A stretch of 64,000 nucleotides of DNA from Eledone cirrhosa (taxonomy: Eukaryota). Of the stretch, positions 51,246 to 64,000 are shown in pieces. Under the pieces are notes generated by a model. That model made no database searches. It was given only the letters and a program-made list of their open reading frames with translations, and was not told the origin of the DNA. The position numbers and the translations under genes were made by a program. Each line of letters opens with the position of its first letter. The first letter of the stretch is position 1. Location of the stretch: the NCBI GenBank assembly GCA_964016885.1, contig OZ024750.1, positions 9,548,001-9,612,000 on the forward strand. Direction: 5' to 3'.

Positions 51246-51959
51246 GGATCATGGGGGCAGAGTCCTCAAACACTCCTTCCAGAGGGTCCTGTCAGAAGCA
51301 ACCGTCTCCAACTGATCCGGCTGGATCTCCAAGCATGACCAGCCATCTTGCTTGGGGATCTTCTCTTGGGTTCATGCCAATTGGTTTTGCCCATAAAATC
51401 TAATTCTTTCCTGAGACACTCTAACCACGTGCCCATTATTCCATAAATTAAGAGGAAATTAAAAAACAAAGTCAATTCCAGCAAGATTTGTAGCTAGAAC
51501 ACAACAGAGGATTAAACTTTAAAGTATTAAGTTAGTAACTCTACTATTACTACCAATTTACTATATATAGTAACTATTTTAACTGATAAAGAACTGAGAA
51601 AGAATTCTTTTCGAATCTAATTAATATCAGAAGCCTAGGAGCATGATTATAAAAGATTTGTTAATGAGGTAGCATCATGTGTCTTGGGCGATCTGTTAAT
51701 GAAGTAATATCAGGAGTTAAGTTTGGAAACCTAGCAGCATAATGGCAAACTAATTGTGAATATGAATATATAAGAAATCTTTTATTTACTATAAAACCAA
51801 GAATAAAAGTCTTGAAATATTTGATACTATGAAAACACTGAGGAATTATGAAGAAAGAAATATGATTTTCTCACCTGTAATACATAGAGGGAAGATTTCA
51901 TGATTTTCTCACCTGTTTAGAGAGATTTTGAAAATCATAATATTTCGAGAGATTTTGAG

Positions 51960-53208
51960 CAACATGTAATGCTTTGTTTTTATGGCCCTTTATGTTCTGA
52001 GTTCAAATCCTGTTGAGGTTAGCTTTGCCTTTCATCCTTATGGGGTCAATAAAATAAAGTACCAGTAATGCACTGCAGTCGATTTAATCGACTTTCCCCT
52101 CTCCCCAAATTGCTGGCCTTGAACCAAATGTAGAAGCAATTATTATGAAAAAGTGGTGGATTGGCAGTATCAGTAGAGCATCAGACATGTTTTGTGGCAT
52201 ATAGTTGCGTCCCTTTACGTTCTGAGTTCAAATCCTGCTGAAGTTAACTTTGCCTTTCATCCTTACAGGGTCGATAAAATAAAGTACCAGTAATACACTG
52301 GGGTCAATTTAATCAACTTTTCTCTCCTTCAAAATTACTGGCCTTTGGCCTAAAATCAGAAACCATTATTATTTTTTGTTTGTTTTGAGTTCAAATCCCG
52401 CTGAGGTTTAGCTTTGCTAACCTCAGGATGTGTGATCATATCATTTAGAAGTAAACTAGGACTACATTTTTTTAAAGACATTAAAGCTATGGTTTAGGGA
52501 GAATTCATTGCTGTTCATTTTCCTGACATTTGTACATTATTCTATGTACTATACATGCACCTTTGATGAGCTGTAGTGCACCTGAGCACTGTACACAATA
52601 ATTCCATTATATGCATAGCGGCATAGAGTTACAGCCCTTTATGCTCTGAGTTCAAATCCCACCAAGGTTAGCTTGGGTCGATAAAATAAAGTACCAGTAA
52701 TACCCTGGGATAATTGCTGGCTTTGTGCCAAAAGTAGAAAGAATTATTTTTTTTTGTTTGTTGTTTGTTGGTTTTTGTTGTTGTTGTTGTTGTTCTAAAT
52801 ATACTGCCGGTTTATAGCAGGTATTAGTTTAAATCAGTCTCATTCTTACAAGTAAAACCATGCTTTATTGTAATTTTAGACAAAAACTAATCTTTGGAAA
52901 TCAGATTGTAGCTAGATTTAGTAAAGATTAGTTGAAACTAGTGCTTCATTGATTGTATGACTAGATATCATCATCATCATCATCACCATAGTTATTATTG
53001 TAACTACTATTAGTATTATCATCATTGTTGGCAGTATCGGTAGAGAGTCGGACGCCATGCTTTCCAGCATAGTTACGTTCCTTTACGATCTGAGTTCAAA
53101 TCCCACCGAGATTAACTTTGCCTTTCATCCTTACTGGGTCGATAAAATAAAGTACCAGTAATGTACTGGGTAATTGCTGGCTTTGTGCCAAAAGTAGAAA
53201 CAATTATT
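51960..53208 (+). mobile_element. Cluster of five SINE A copies/fragments
   Basis: Copies at ~51960-52145, 52153-52370, 52385-52420, 52620-52745, 53028-53208. Confidence 0.85.
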
Positions 53209-53499
53209 ATTTTTATCATTAATATTATCATCGTTGTAATTATTATCATTATTGTTATTATTATTGTTGTTGTTGTTGTTGTTGTTACTACCATTATTTA
53301 TTGTCATTATTGTGTTGTTGTCATTATTGTTATTATCATTATTGTTATCATTATTGTTGTTGTTGTTGTTGTTACTATCATTATTATTATTATTATCATT
53401 ATTATGGCATTCATTTTCTTAATAGTATTCAAATCTTATTCAAATCTAATTCTCCTTTTTTCTGTATATATGTGTATATATATGTGTGTATGTATATAT

Positions 53500-53533
<34 letters not shown>

Positions 53534-53654
53534 ACGCGTGTGTGAATGTGTGTGTATGTGTGTGTGTGTATGTGTGTGCAGTGGTAATTCGTGCCATCAA
53601 GCTGTTATTTATAAATAATGCAACTGAGGAATATGGAATTAATTACCGAACTGT

Positions 53655-54109
53655 ATCAGTGAACTGTGTTGTATATTAACATACAACAACAACAACAACA
53701 ACAACAACAACTGTGTTGTATATTAACATACAACAACAACAACAACAACAACAACTGTGTTGTATATTAACATACAACAACAACAACTGTGTTGTATATT
53801 AACATACAACAACAACAACAACAACAACAACTGTGTTGTATATTAACATACAACAACAACAACAACAACAACAACAATATTAACTTAACAACAACATCAG
53901 TGAACTGTGTGATACATATTATATACAACAACAACTGTGTAATATATTAACATATTATATACTACAACAACAGCAACAACAACAGCAACAACAATAACAG
54001 TAACAACAACAAAACAACAACAAGATCAGCAGTAACAACAACAACATCAGTGAACTGTGTAATACATATTATATACATCAACAAATGTGTAATATAGTAA
54101 CATTTATAT

Positions 54110-54148
<39 letters not shown>

Positions 54149-54150
54149 GT

Positions 54151-54184
<34 letters not shown>

Positions 54185-54320
54185 TCAGTGAACTGTGTAA
54201 TACATATTATATACATCAACAAATGTGTAATATAGTAACATTTATATACAACAACAAGAACCGCAGTCACAACTACAACAACAACAGCAGCAGTAACAAC
54301 AACAACAACAACAACAGCAA
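53655..54320. repeat. Composite (CAA)n minisatellite
   Basis: ctgtgttgtatattaacata spacers between CAA runs, plus a longer duplicated block. Confidence 0.9.
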
Positions 54321-54599
54321 TTACCAAAAGAACAAAAACAAGAAATGAGCTTGTTTGAATTTAACTCTTCCTCTTTTTAGAAAATATTAGCGGTTCTACA
54401 GATGTTTTTTTTCTGTTGTTCGAATAATAAATTGAGAAATTCTGAAAGTTATCTATATTTACATATGAATTGTAATATAGAAAATGTAATGCAAATATGT
54501 GAAAATATTGTAATGTAAAAATACAAATGCTTCCACAAATCTCATGGGTTCATAAAGATGATACTTAGTTCTGAATTCTGTAGAAATATGAAAAAAAAA

Positions 54600-54985
54600 T
54601 AAAAAGGGGGTGAATCTTCTGAAGTAACAGGGAAAAAAAGGAGATGAATCTTCTGAAGTAACATGAAAAAAAAGGGGGTGAATCTTCTGAAGTAACAGGG
54701 AAAAAAAGGAGATGAATCTTCTGTAGTAACATGAAAAAAAAGGGGGTGAATCTTTTATAGTAATAGGGGAAAAAAGGGGATGAATCTTCTGTAGTAACAT
54801 GAAAAAAAAGGGGGTGAATCTGCTATAGTAACAGGGGAAAAAAAGGGGATGAATCTTCTGTAGTAACAGGGGGGAAAAGGGAGTGAATATTCTGTACTAA
54901 CAGGGGGAAAAAAGGGGAAATCAATCTTTTGTAGTAACATGAAAATAAGGGGCTGAATCTTCTGTAGTAACAGGGAAAAAAGGGG
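54600..54985. repeat. ~35-bp minisatellite
   Basis: gggtgaatcttctgtagtaaca(g/t)g+A-run units. Confidence 0.9.
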
Positions 54986-55169
54986 GCTAGATTTTCCCTT
55001 AGAGCTGGATACCAATATCTTATTTAATATTATTCAAGTGGTATTCCTTCTTTAATAATTTCTTATACAGGTATGGTTATGTGGTTAAGAAGTTTTCTTT
55101 AGAATCAGATGATTTCAGTTGACCAATGAATGACTTGAGTAAAATTTAGTTAATAGAAAATATAGAAAA

Positions 55170-55540
55170 CCCACCTTGCCTAAGTACAAAGCGAAACCTA
55201 CAGTCAGTAATCAAATATACACCACCACTACCCCAACTCCCCACCTCCATCAACACCACCCGTTTCACTGTAAAGTTATGTTGGTTCCACAACATCCAGT
55301 CCTAAATAAATGAGGTCGTGTAGGTGTCACAACAAAAAACACACAGTCCACGCTGTAATGTGGTCGTCTAGGTAACACGGTAAAAAGCTCCCAGTCCACA
55401 CTGTAAACGTGGTTGGTGTTAGGAAGGGCATCCAGACAGTCCTATATGAGCGAGATGACCAATCTTGCCTCAAGTGGGACAATTCCCATCTAAACCCATG
55501 CTAGCGTGGAAGATAGACATTAAATGATGATGATGATGAT
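55170..55540 (+). mobile_element. RTE subfamily-2 stop codon region plus complete 3' UTR
   Basis: cctaagtacaaagcgaaacctac matches the reverse complement of 61020-61046 and continues into the shared tail. Confidence 0.85.
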
Positions 55541-55576
55541 AGAAACCTGTTACATATATGTGTGTTTATATTTCAT

Positions 55577-55750
55577 CAGTGCCAGATTTACCATTGTCCT
55601 AGGTGTGCTTAAGCACAGAGCCCCGTTGGCCGGGGGGCCATCTTCCTGCCAAAATAAATTTTTACGATGAATTTTTCAAATGTTTTTTCAAAGTAAGGGG
55701 CCTCATAACTTAACTAGCACTGGGCCTCATTTGTCTTAAATCCAGCAATG
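55577..55750. mobile_element. Possible hAT-like MITE
   Basis: Imperfect TIR CAGTGCCAGATTTA / TAAATCCAGCAATG with internal GGGCC motifs; no TSD seen. Confidence 0.45.
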
Positions 55751-56378
55751 ATCGTTACCACCATTATCCTCATCCTTGTCATCATATTCAGTCTGTTTTC
55801 CATGCTTGCATGTGTGCATGAAGGGTTTTTTTTTCAGCACAACTTCTCTCCACATATTCTGTTCTTTTGTCCTCTACTCTTCAGGTTTATTGTTTTGAAA
55901 TCTGTTCTCACCACTTCTGCTCATGTTTGTATTGATCTTCCTCTACTGCAGTTTCTTTCCACAGAGAAGTCTTGGCACTTCTTCACCCAATTAGATGTTA
56001 TTCTGACATCACTGATAACTAAATTATGTTCAGCAAAAGTTGTCTTAAAAATATATTATTACACTCCAACCATCAAAAACATCTTCACATTTCTAAGGCT
56101 CACAATTCACGATTAAGGCAGTCATTGAATTTTTTTGTATTCATGTTTTTGATTGCATTAATTCAACATGAACCTACTGGGGAGTGTTTGTCTTCTCTAT
56201 ACATATTACATACCAAAATTCCTTGAGGATATGTATCTCAGTATTAATGAAGTTGGACTTGTTAGTGGTATGTTGTTTTTTTTACCTTGCAAACCTCATT
56301 AACTGAATAAAGAATTGATTTAATATCAGTCTCATTTAATATCTGTGATTCACAGTAAATCATGGATACTTGTAATGG

Positions 56379-56749
56379 AAAATATTAGTCCAGAGTTTTA
56401 TTGTATTAATTCTTACACTACAAAATATTAGTCCAAGGTTTCTTTGTACTAATTCTTACACTACAAAATATTAGCCCAGGGTTTTCTTGTACTAATTCTT
56501 ATACTAATTCTTACACTACAAAATATTAGCCCAGGGTTTTCTTGTACTAATTCTTACACTACAAAATATTAGTCCAGAGTCTTATTGTATTAATTCTTAC
56601 ACTATAAAATATTAGTCCAGAGTTTTATTGTATTAATTCTTACACTACAAAATATTAGTCCAGGGTTTTCTTGTATTAATTCATACACTACAAAATATTA
56701 GTCCAGGGTTTTCTTGTACTAATTCTTATACTATAAAATATTAGTCCAG
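56379..56749. repeat. 43-bp minisatellite, about 8 copies
   Basis: aaaatattagtccagagttttattgtattaattcttacactac units. Confidence 0.95.
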
Positions 56750-57015
56750 CCATAGAAAACCTGCCAAACAAAGGGTTGGAAGAACTCTTGAGCTTTATCA
56801 AAGACATGACAACCTAGAGATGGCTCAACAATAAAATACACTTGGTAGAGTGTGGGAATGTATATAAGTAAGGTGTGGGATGTCAACTCATTGGGAGGTC
56901 AGTAACTTTGCTTACACACACACACACACAGTTTAGCTTCTGTTTCTGTCCAAACAGAACCTAAACTGTTAAGGTCTGATTCCTGGGTATGTCACTATTT
57001 ATAAAACAAACTTTG

Positions 57016-57078
57016 TATTTTATCTGATGAGAGCGTACCAAAGTTTTGGTACCCTTGAAATATATATATAATAGAATA
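57016..57078 (+). ncRNA. Type-I hammerhead ribozyme (H6)
   Basis: tattttat CTGATGA gagcgtaccaaa-gt-tttggtaccctt GAAA tatatata TA atagaata; downstream sequence shared with 33438-33470; TTGAGTGCT at 57145. Confidence 0.85.
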
Positions 57079-57199
57079 AATATGGTTTTATAAATATAGT
57101 TTTCCATTTATTAATATCATCGATATTATACTCCAGAAAACTTGTTGAGTGCTTTGAATATGTTATAAAAATATTTGTGGAATTAAATATCTCTTTGCT

Positions 57200-57252
<53 letters not shown>

Positions 57253-57656
57253 TATCGTTGATATATATCTTCCTATCTAAATGGATAGCAGTGAGAAAAT
57301 CACCCTACTGTAAAATCAAATGCTTCAATTTTATTGAAATATCCAAAGTCATAAACAAAATCTCACAAACAACAAATATAAAGAGAAACAGATAAACATC
57401 AGTAAATATATTAGGATAAATATATTAGGATAAATATATTAGGATAAAGGATCCAAATATCAACAAATAGGAGCCAGTATTTATTGAAATATTTATTGAA
57501 ATCAGAAATATTGTGTTTTATAGTTCACAGTTTTTATAAATATGAGTTTGAAAAGTTCTTCCATAGATAATGTATTTTCCTCCTCATTAAGGAAAGATAA
57601 CCGAGTGTGTATATATCTAACCATTCATTTATCTTTGTGTGTGTATGTATATATAT

Positions 57657-57739
<83 letters not shown>

Positions 57740-57821
57740 GTGTGCATGTGTGTGTGTTTGTTTGTGTATGCATGTATATATGACTGTATGTGTGTGTATT
57801 ATATATATAAATATATATATG

Positions 57822-58168
57822 TGGAGGCACATGGCTTAGTGGTTAGAGCATTGGCCTTGCAATCGAATGGTTGTGAGTTCAATTCTCAGACTGGGTGATG
57901 TGTTGTTTCCTTGAGCAAGACAGTTTATTTCACATTGCTCCAGTTTACTCAGCTGTAGAAATGAGATAATAGGGACTGGGGTCCCTATCATTCCACTGTA
58001 AAGTGGTCGTGGAGGTGCCACGGCAAAAAAAGCACCCAACACTCACTGTAAATGAGGTTGGTGTTAGGAAGGGCATCCAGCTGTAGAAATCAAGCCAGAA
58101 TCAGTTCCCGTCCCACCCTTGCAAACATGGAAAATGATGATGATGATGATGATGATAATGATGATGAT
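57822..58168 (+). mobile_element. SINE family B, full length
   Basis: Highly similar to 46137-46477. Confidence 0.9.
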
Positions 58169-58292
58169 GTATATATATATATATATATACATATATATAT
58201 TTATATATATATACACCCACATACAGTCATATACACATGCATACACACACATACAGTCATATACACATGCATACACAAACAAACACACCCAC

Positions 58293-58324
<32 letters not shown>

Positions 58325-60020
58325 ATGTATGTATGTAATGAGTATAGGTTCCTGAGCTGTGTCTGGGGATAACCTCTCGGGCTTTTTTCTTAAACAGCCA
58401 AATGGCCTTTCTAGTTACCATTTTCTTACTCACTGTGAAAGATGACAAGCAAAATCAATCAATCAATTTTATTTTAATGATCCTTTAAGTTCTTAGATTT
58501 CTGGACCTCATTCAGGTAATGAAAAGCAAAAGACAAGAAAATTATTTCGTACTTTATAACAACAGATGTAACTTGATTAAAACCAGCGTGTTTGCTACTC
58601 GCTAACAAACCGAACACTGAACCAACAATGTAATAAACCTTGCATTAGAACCTTAGTGTTAACTCATTAGTTTCCTGAATTATCAAAACAAATATGGAAA
58701 AGTTCACCTCATCAATATAATGTCAAATATTTCTTTTTTGTAGGAACAACAAAAACAAATCACTGATGTAGAATTATTTCTACATACTTGGTTTAAGTTT
58801 ATGATTCATTCCTTTTTCATTTAGGGTCCTTTAAACAGTAGGAACATCTCCTGGATGTTCATAAACTAAAATGGACAAAAATGCAAACTGGCTACAATCA
58901 ACAGGTGTTGAAGTAATTTTTTTAAATATTTTTGGCATAATATTCAAAACGCACCAAACTATACAACCCCTAAATATATCCACATCTTTTCATAATTTTG
59001 CCATAGCATTAAAAAAACACCAAACAATACACCTTCTAAATATATCAGCATCTTTTCATCATTTTCACCTGTATCGCTGTTATATAAAATAGATTCAGGA
59101 CACAATCGGTATGAGGTGATTCCAACGAGAAAAACTTTTCCCTATAAATATGAAACACCTTCATGGGCGTGTATTGAAAAATACACAAGTATGCCTGAGT
59201 GTGTTTACATGAGTGTGTGTTTTTTCATATTCTATCTAACAACAAAAGTCAATACTTGAAACTTTTCTAAATCAGAGATATCTATGAAGTGGTGATTAGT
59301 TCTATTGAGTTTATGATGCAGTGGAGAGGGCAGAGTTAGAAATATCCATCTTCTTCTATACTGGATATATTATATATATATTAGAATGGCTTCCTGCTAG
59401 CTTCTCGAAGCTCTTAGGAAAATTGTACCCAATACAACAATTTAATGAATCACTTGTTAATTATATAGCAGCCCAGCTGCTCACAACACTTAAATATAGA
59501 TTTCTATGGATTCTATTTGTAGCTATATAAGAGGTATGAATAAAGAATTGATTTAAGTGTCTTTGCTTGTGATATAATACAGTGCAGTGTCAGAGATAGA
59601 GACAAACTGTGAAGACTTTCACCAATACGATAGCATTGAATCAACTAAACCAGCTGTGGCTTATACATAAACACATACACACTCAAAAAGTCACACATGT
59701 GCAGCCACACACAGGCATGCATGTGCACACACTCAGACATACACACACATACATACACATGTAGACACACTTATACACACACACGCTTATGCATACACAC
59801 ATATATACATACACATACATACATGCACACACACTCATACATACACACATATATACACACACACACTCAGACATACACATACATACATGCACACATATAT
59901 ACACACACACATATATATATACATATATACACACACATATATATACACACACACTCAGACATACACATACATACACACACACATATATATATACACATAC
60001 ACACACATATATATACACAT

Positions 60021-60059
<39 letters not shown>

Positions 60060-60111
60060 CATACACACACACATATATTAAAAGCACAACTGTGTTCAAG
60101 TTTATAATAAT

Positions 60112-60232
60112 TAATTGTTTCTACTTTTGGCACAAGGCCAGCAATTACCCCAGTGTATTACTGGTGCTTTATTTTATCAACCCCTGTAAGGATGAAAGGC
60201 AAAGTTAACCTCGGCAGGATTTGAACTCAGAT
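60112..60232 (-). mobile_element. SINE A, partial (another partial copy at 60836-60920, +)
   Basis: Core and B-box match. Confidence 0.85.
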
Positions 60233-60935
60233 CATCAAGTTTATAATAATTAATGGTATGTAGTTTCTGGACTTTGCACTAGACTGCAAAAGATTATGGG
60301 AATATTGGTAAAACGTTCAATGCCAGATTCTATTTGCTATTTATTTGCAGATTCATTTACTATTTACATTACTCTATATTTACTATTGTATTTTTGTGGT
60401 AAACGCTTTATCTTATATAATTATCTCACATAATATCGAATCTATGAGATTTTTATGTTATCTTTTTTTGAGAAAAATACCATAACGTCAGTATTAACGG
60501 CCAGTTATGGCCGGTTTGAACAGAAAGAGGTGAGAGAATTCTAGCCGGATATGGCTGGTTTAAATGCTAAAGGGTTAATTTTGTGTGTTGTATCACTGTT
60601 AGTTTGGGGCTTATATATTTTTTGATGTCAACTTTTTATCATTTTTTTATGGAATTCTCTGCTGAATAGTAGCATTGGTAACCAATGTTTCCAAGCTCCT
60701 AATTTTTTAATTTGGCGTTAAAGATTTTACTAGTAACCTTCTGATCTTTTGTTACCTACTGTAAAACATATAAACAGGGTTTAACCATGATCAGCTAGGT
60801 TGTTCCTGCAAAGTGAGGCCCTTCCATTGTAGCATGCTGGATTGGCAGTATTGGTAGAGCATTGGACAACATGCTTTGTGGCATAGAATTACGGCCCTTT
60901 ACGTTCTGAGTTCAAATGCTGCTGTAAAACATATA

Positions 60936-61983
60936 AACATAACTTTACATCGAAAGGGGTGGTGTGGATGGGGTGGGGGTAGTGGGGCCGAGGTGTATTT
61001 TTGTTAGAGGTGCCTACTGACGGTAGGTTTCGCTCTGTACTTAGGTAAGGCAGGTCTTCTGTATTACTGTATAGCGCCAAAGATCTCGGTCCAGTGACAT
61101 TGTCTTGGAGAGGTGTAAGTGTGTGAGGTCGGAATTTATCAAGTCGTCCCAGGTTTTTCTGGGTCTGCCTACTCCATGGCTACCGTCTATTTTTATCACC
61201 CTGCACTTTTTTATACAGCTGTCGTCTTTCATGCGCATCACGTGACCATACCAACGTAGCCTTCTCTCGAGTAAACAGCATCTGATCCCTCTTATTCCTA
61301 ATTTTTCCCTTAGTTCGTTTATGCTTTGCCGTTCACGTATATTACTATTACACATCCAGCGGAGCATGCAAGCTTCGTTCCTCTCTAGTCTGCGTATATC
61401 CTCTGCGCACAATGCTCAGGTCTCACTGCCATGCAACATTGCTGTTTGTATGCAGGCATCATACAGCCTGCCTTTCATTTTTAGTGAGAACCCTTTAGCG
61501 GCCAATAGTGGTATAAGCTCTCTGAACTTTTTCCATCCCGTTCTGACTCTAGCTACTGTACTTTCGGAGCACCCTCCACCACTGCTGATTTTGTCACCCA
61601 GGTAATGGAAGGTGTCCACTATTTCTATAGAACCATCTGTGCAATGGAATGAGCTAGTATTCTGTGGGCACTTGCTGCTACTTATTGCACCAGAGCACCG
61701 GCCACATATAAAATCTATATTCTTAGTTAGCTTACCTGTGATCCCACTACATCTTTTATGCACCCATACTTTGCATTTGGGACATAAAATGGAGTTTCTG
61801 CCTACTCCTTTCCTACACACTGAGCATGGCCATTTCCCAGATGGGACTTGTGCCCTATTTTCCTTCCTACAAACTAGAACTTTAGTCTTTGACAGGTTAA
61901 TTTTAAGGCCTTTTGCTTCTAGGCCATGCTTCCATATTTGGAATTTCTTCTCTAGTTCGGCCATTGATTCAGCTATGAGCATT
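60936..61983 (-). pseudogene. RTE LINE subfamily 2, 5'-truncated, with one premature stop
   Basis: Homologous to the C-terminal half of the 34984-37557 ORF including the PHD finger; W-to-TGA at 61416-61418 splits two in-frame ORFs. Confidence 0.93.
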
Positions 61984-62610
61984 ACATATATATACATATA
62001 TATATCCACTCAGCATATACATCCTTTGAAAATAATATATCAACCCAAATCACACAGAGTTGTATAATTATTGTTTTTATATATATCTTTTCATAATTAG
62101 AGTGGTTTATTTATTTATTTGTTTATTTGTTGTTTTAGTTTGATTGTTTTTTTTGTTTATATTATTTGTCTGTCTGTTTGTCACTTCTTGTTTTTTGGTT
62201 TGTTTTTTACTGCTCTATGTTTATTTTTTTTTTAGTTTTGTCATTCGTTATTTTATCTTTTTTACTGTTGTATATATATATACATATATATATATATACA
62301 TACACATATATATATATATATATACACATATATATATATATATATACACATATATATATGTGTATATATATATATATATATACATACACATATATATATA
62401 GAGAGAGAGATATACATATATATATATATATAGAGATATATATATATATATAGAGAGAGAGAGATTTTGAGTTTATGTTGGTTGTATACCAACACCTCAG
62501 TATGCAGGCTGGAGCACTCGACGAAGTGCGCAGGTTGGTTTGGTTACTCCGGAGTAGTGTAAAATAAAGTTAAATAAAAGTCAAATGATTAAAATTTAGC
62601 TTCGTTTATT

Positions 62611-62665
62611 ACTGCTATATATATTTCAGTGACAGCCATCTTTGGCTGTGACCTCTTCAGGCAGT
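62611..62665 (-). ncRNA. Type-I hammerhead ribozyme (H1, antisense arm)
   Basis: Mirror of 62870-62924 with intact CTGAAGA. Confidence 0.85.
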
Positions 62666-62869
62666 TTGAATTAGTATGGTATAGACAAGTACATATGTTA
62701 TTTAGGTGTATGATATTGTCAATACTCTGATATGCCAGTTCCTTGTTGGGTTGTTAATTCAGAGTTCCCCAGTGAATTAACAACCCAACAAGGAACTGGG
62801 TATATCAGAGTATTGACAATATCATACACCTAAATAACATATGTACTTGTCTATACCATACTAATTCAA

Positions 62870-62924
62870 ACTGCCTGAAGAGGTCACAGCCAAAGATGGC
62901 TGTCACTGAAATATATATAGCAGT
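62870..62924 (+). ncRNA. Type-I hammerhead ribozyme (H1)
   Basis: actgc CTGAAGA ggtcacagcc-aaagat-ggctgtcact GAAA tatata TA gcagt AATAAA. Confidence 0.88.
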
Positions 62925-62968
62925 AATAAACGAAGCTAAATTTTAATCATTTGACTTTTATTTAACTT

Positions 62969-63005
<37 letters not shown>

Positions 63006-63162
63006 CATATATATACATATATATATATATATATATTGTTTTTTGTTTGTTTGTTATATTTTGTTGTCATTGTTTGATATTTTTTCCCTGACTTTCACAA
63101 ATATCAGCTTTTAAGGAAGATGATACATCCATTGGCAAAATATATTTCCCACCCTCCACTAC

Positions 63163-63648
63163 TACACACACACATGCATACATGTACACATACACACACA
63201 CATGTATACATGTACACATACACACACACATGCATACATGTACACATACACACACACATGCATACATGTACACATACACACACACATGCATACATGTACA
63301 CATACACACACACATGCATACATGTACACGTACACACACATGCATACATGTACACATACACACACACATGCATACATGTACACATACACACACATGTATA
63401 CATGTACACATACACACACACATGCATACATGTACACATACACACATGCATGCAGACATGTACACATACACACACATGTATACATGTACACATACACACA
63501 CACATGCATACATGTACACATACACACATGCATGCATACATGTACACATGTACACACACACATGCAAATATACATGCATTCATGTACACATACATACACA
63601 TGCATCTCTGACACAAACACATACATATACACATACATACATATATAC

Positions 63649-63683
<35 letters not shown>

Positions 63684-63920
63684 CATATATACAAACATAC
63701 ACACATACATATATACTTACATATATACATACACCTATACATACATATATACTTACATATATACATACATACATCTATACATACATATATACTTACATAT
63801 ATACTTACATACATACACACATACATACATATATATACTTACATACATACATATATACTTACATACATACATCTATATATACATATATACTTACATACAT
63901 ACACACATACATACATAGAC
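63163..63920. repeat. (CA/CATA/CATG)n compound micro-minisatellite
   Basis: ~30-bp catgcatacatgtacacatacacacaca units, then (CATA)n. Confidence 0.95.
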
Positions 63921-64000
63921 ACAATCATACACACATTTATACAGTTAAAAATTCTGTTTTTAGAAAGAAAAAGAAAACACAAACAGAGAAACACAGAAAC

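Larger units (their letters stand above)
62465..62975. mobile_element. H1 fold-back element with two opposed hammerheads
   Basis: ~202-bp arms 62560-62761/62773-62975, terminal extension with motif at 62513-62520. Confidence 0.88.

Overview
AT-rich, microsatellite-saturated eukaryotic non-coding DNA. The repeat types (tRNA SINEs, RTE LINEs, (TA)n/(CAC)n/(GAT)n) suggest an octopus/cephalopod genome; this is inference. No host protein-coding gene is confidently visible, and almost all ORF-track entries are microsatellite artefacts. Clear elements: a 5'-truncated but uninterrupted RTE-clade LINE (34682-37557, minus) with a PHD-type zinc finger inside its RT region, a second decayed copy, other LINE 3' ends, two SINE families, piggyBac-, mariner- and hAT-like MITEs, and several minisatellites. 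The main result: many short 'unique' islands sitting inside (TA)n tracts are type-I hammerhead-ribozyme cassettes from at least 7 sequence-unrelated families. I count about 13 intact-core ribozymes plus variant and half copies. They are often arranged as long fold-back inverted repeats with a ribozyme on each strand and are often followed by AATAAA. They share one cryptic motif, GAGT(G/A)C(T/C), roughly 40-55 nt from the element end. They look like a TA-targeted family of Penelope-like pseudo-LTR/retrozyme elements. All structures were paired by eye; nothing was computed or searched.
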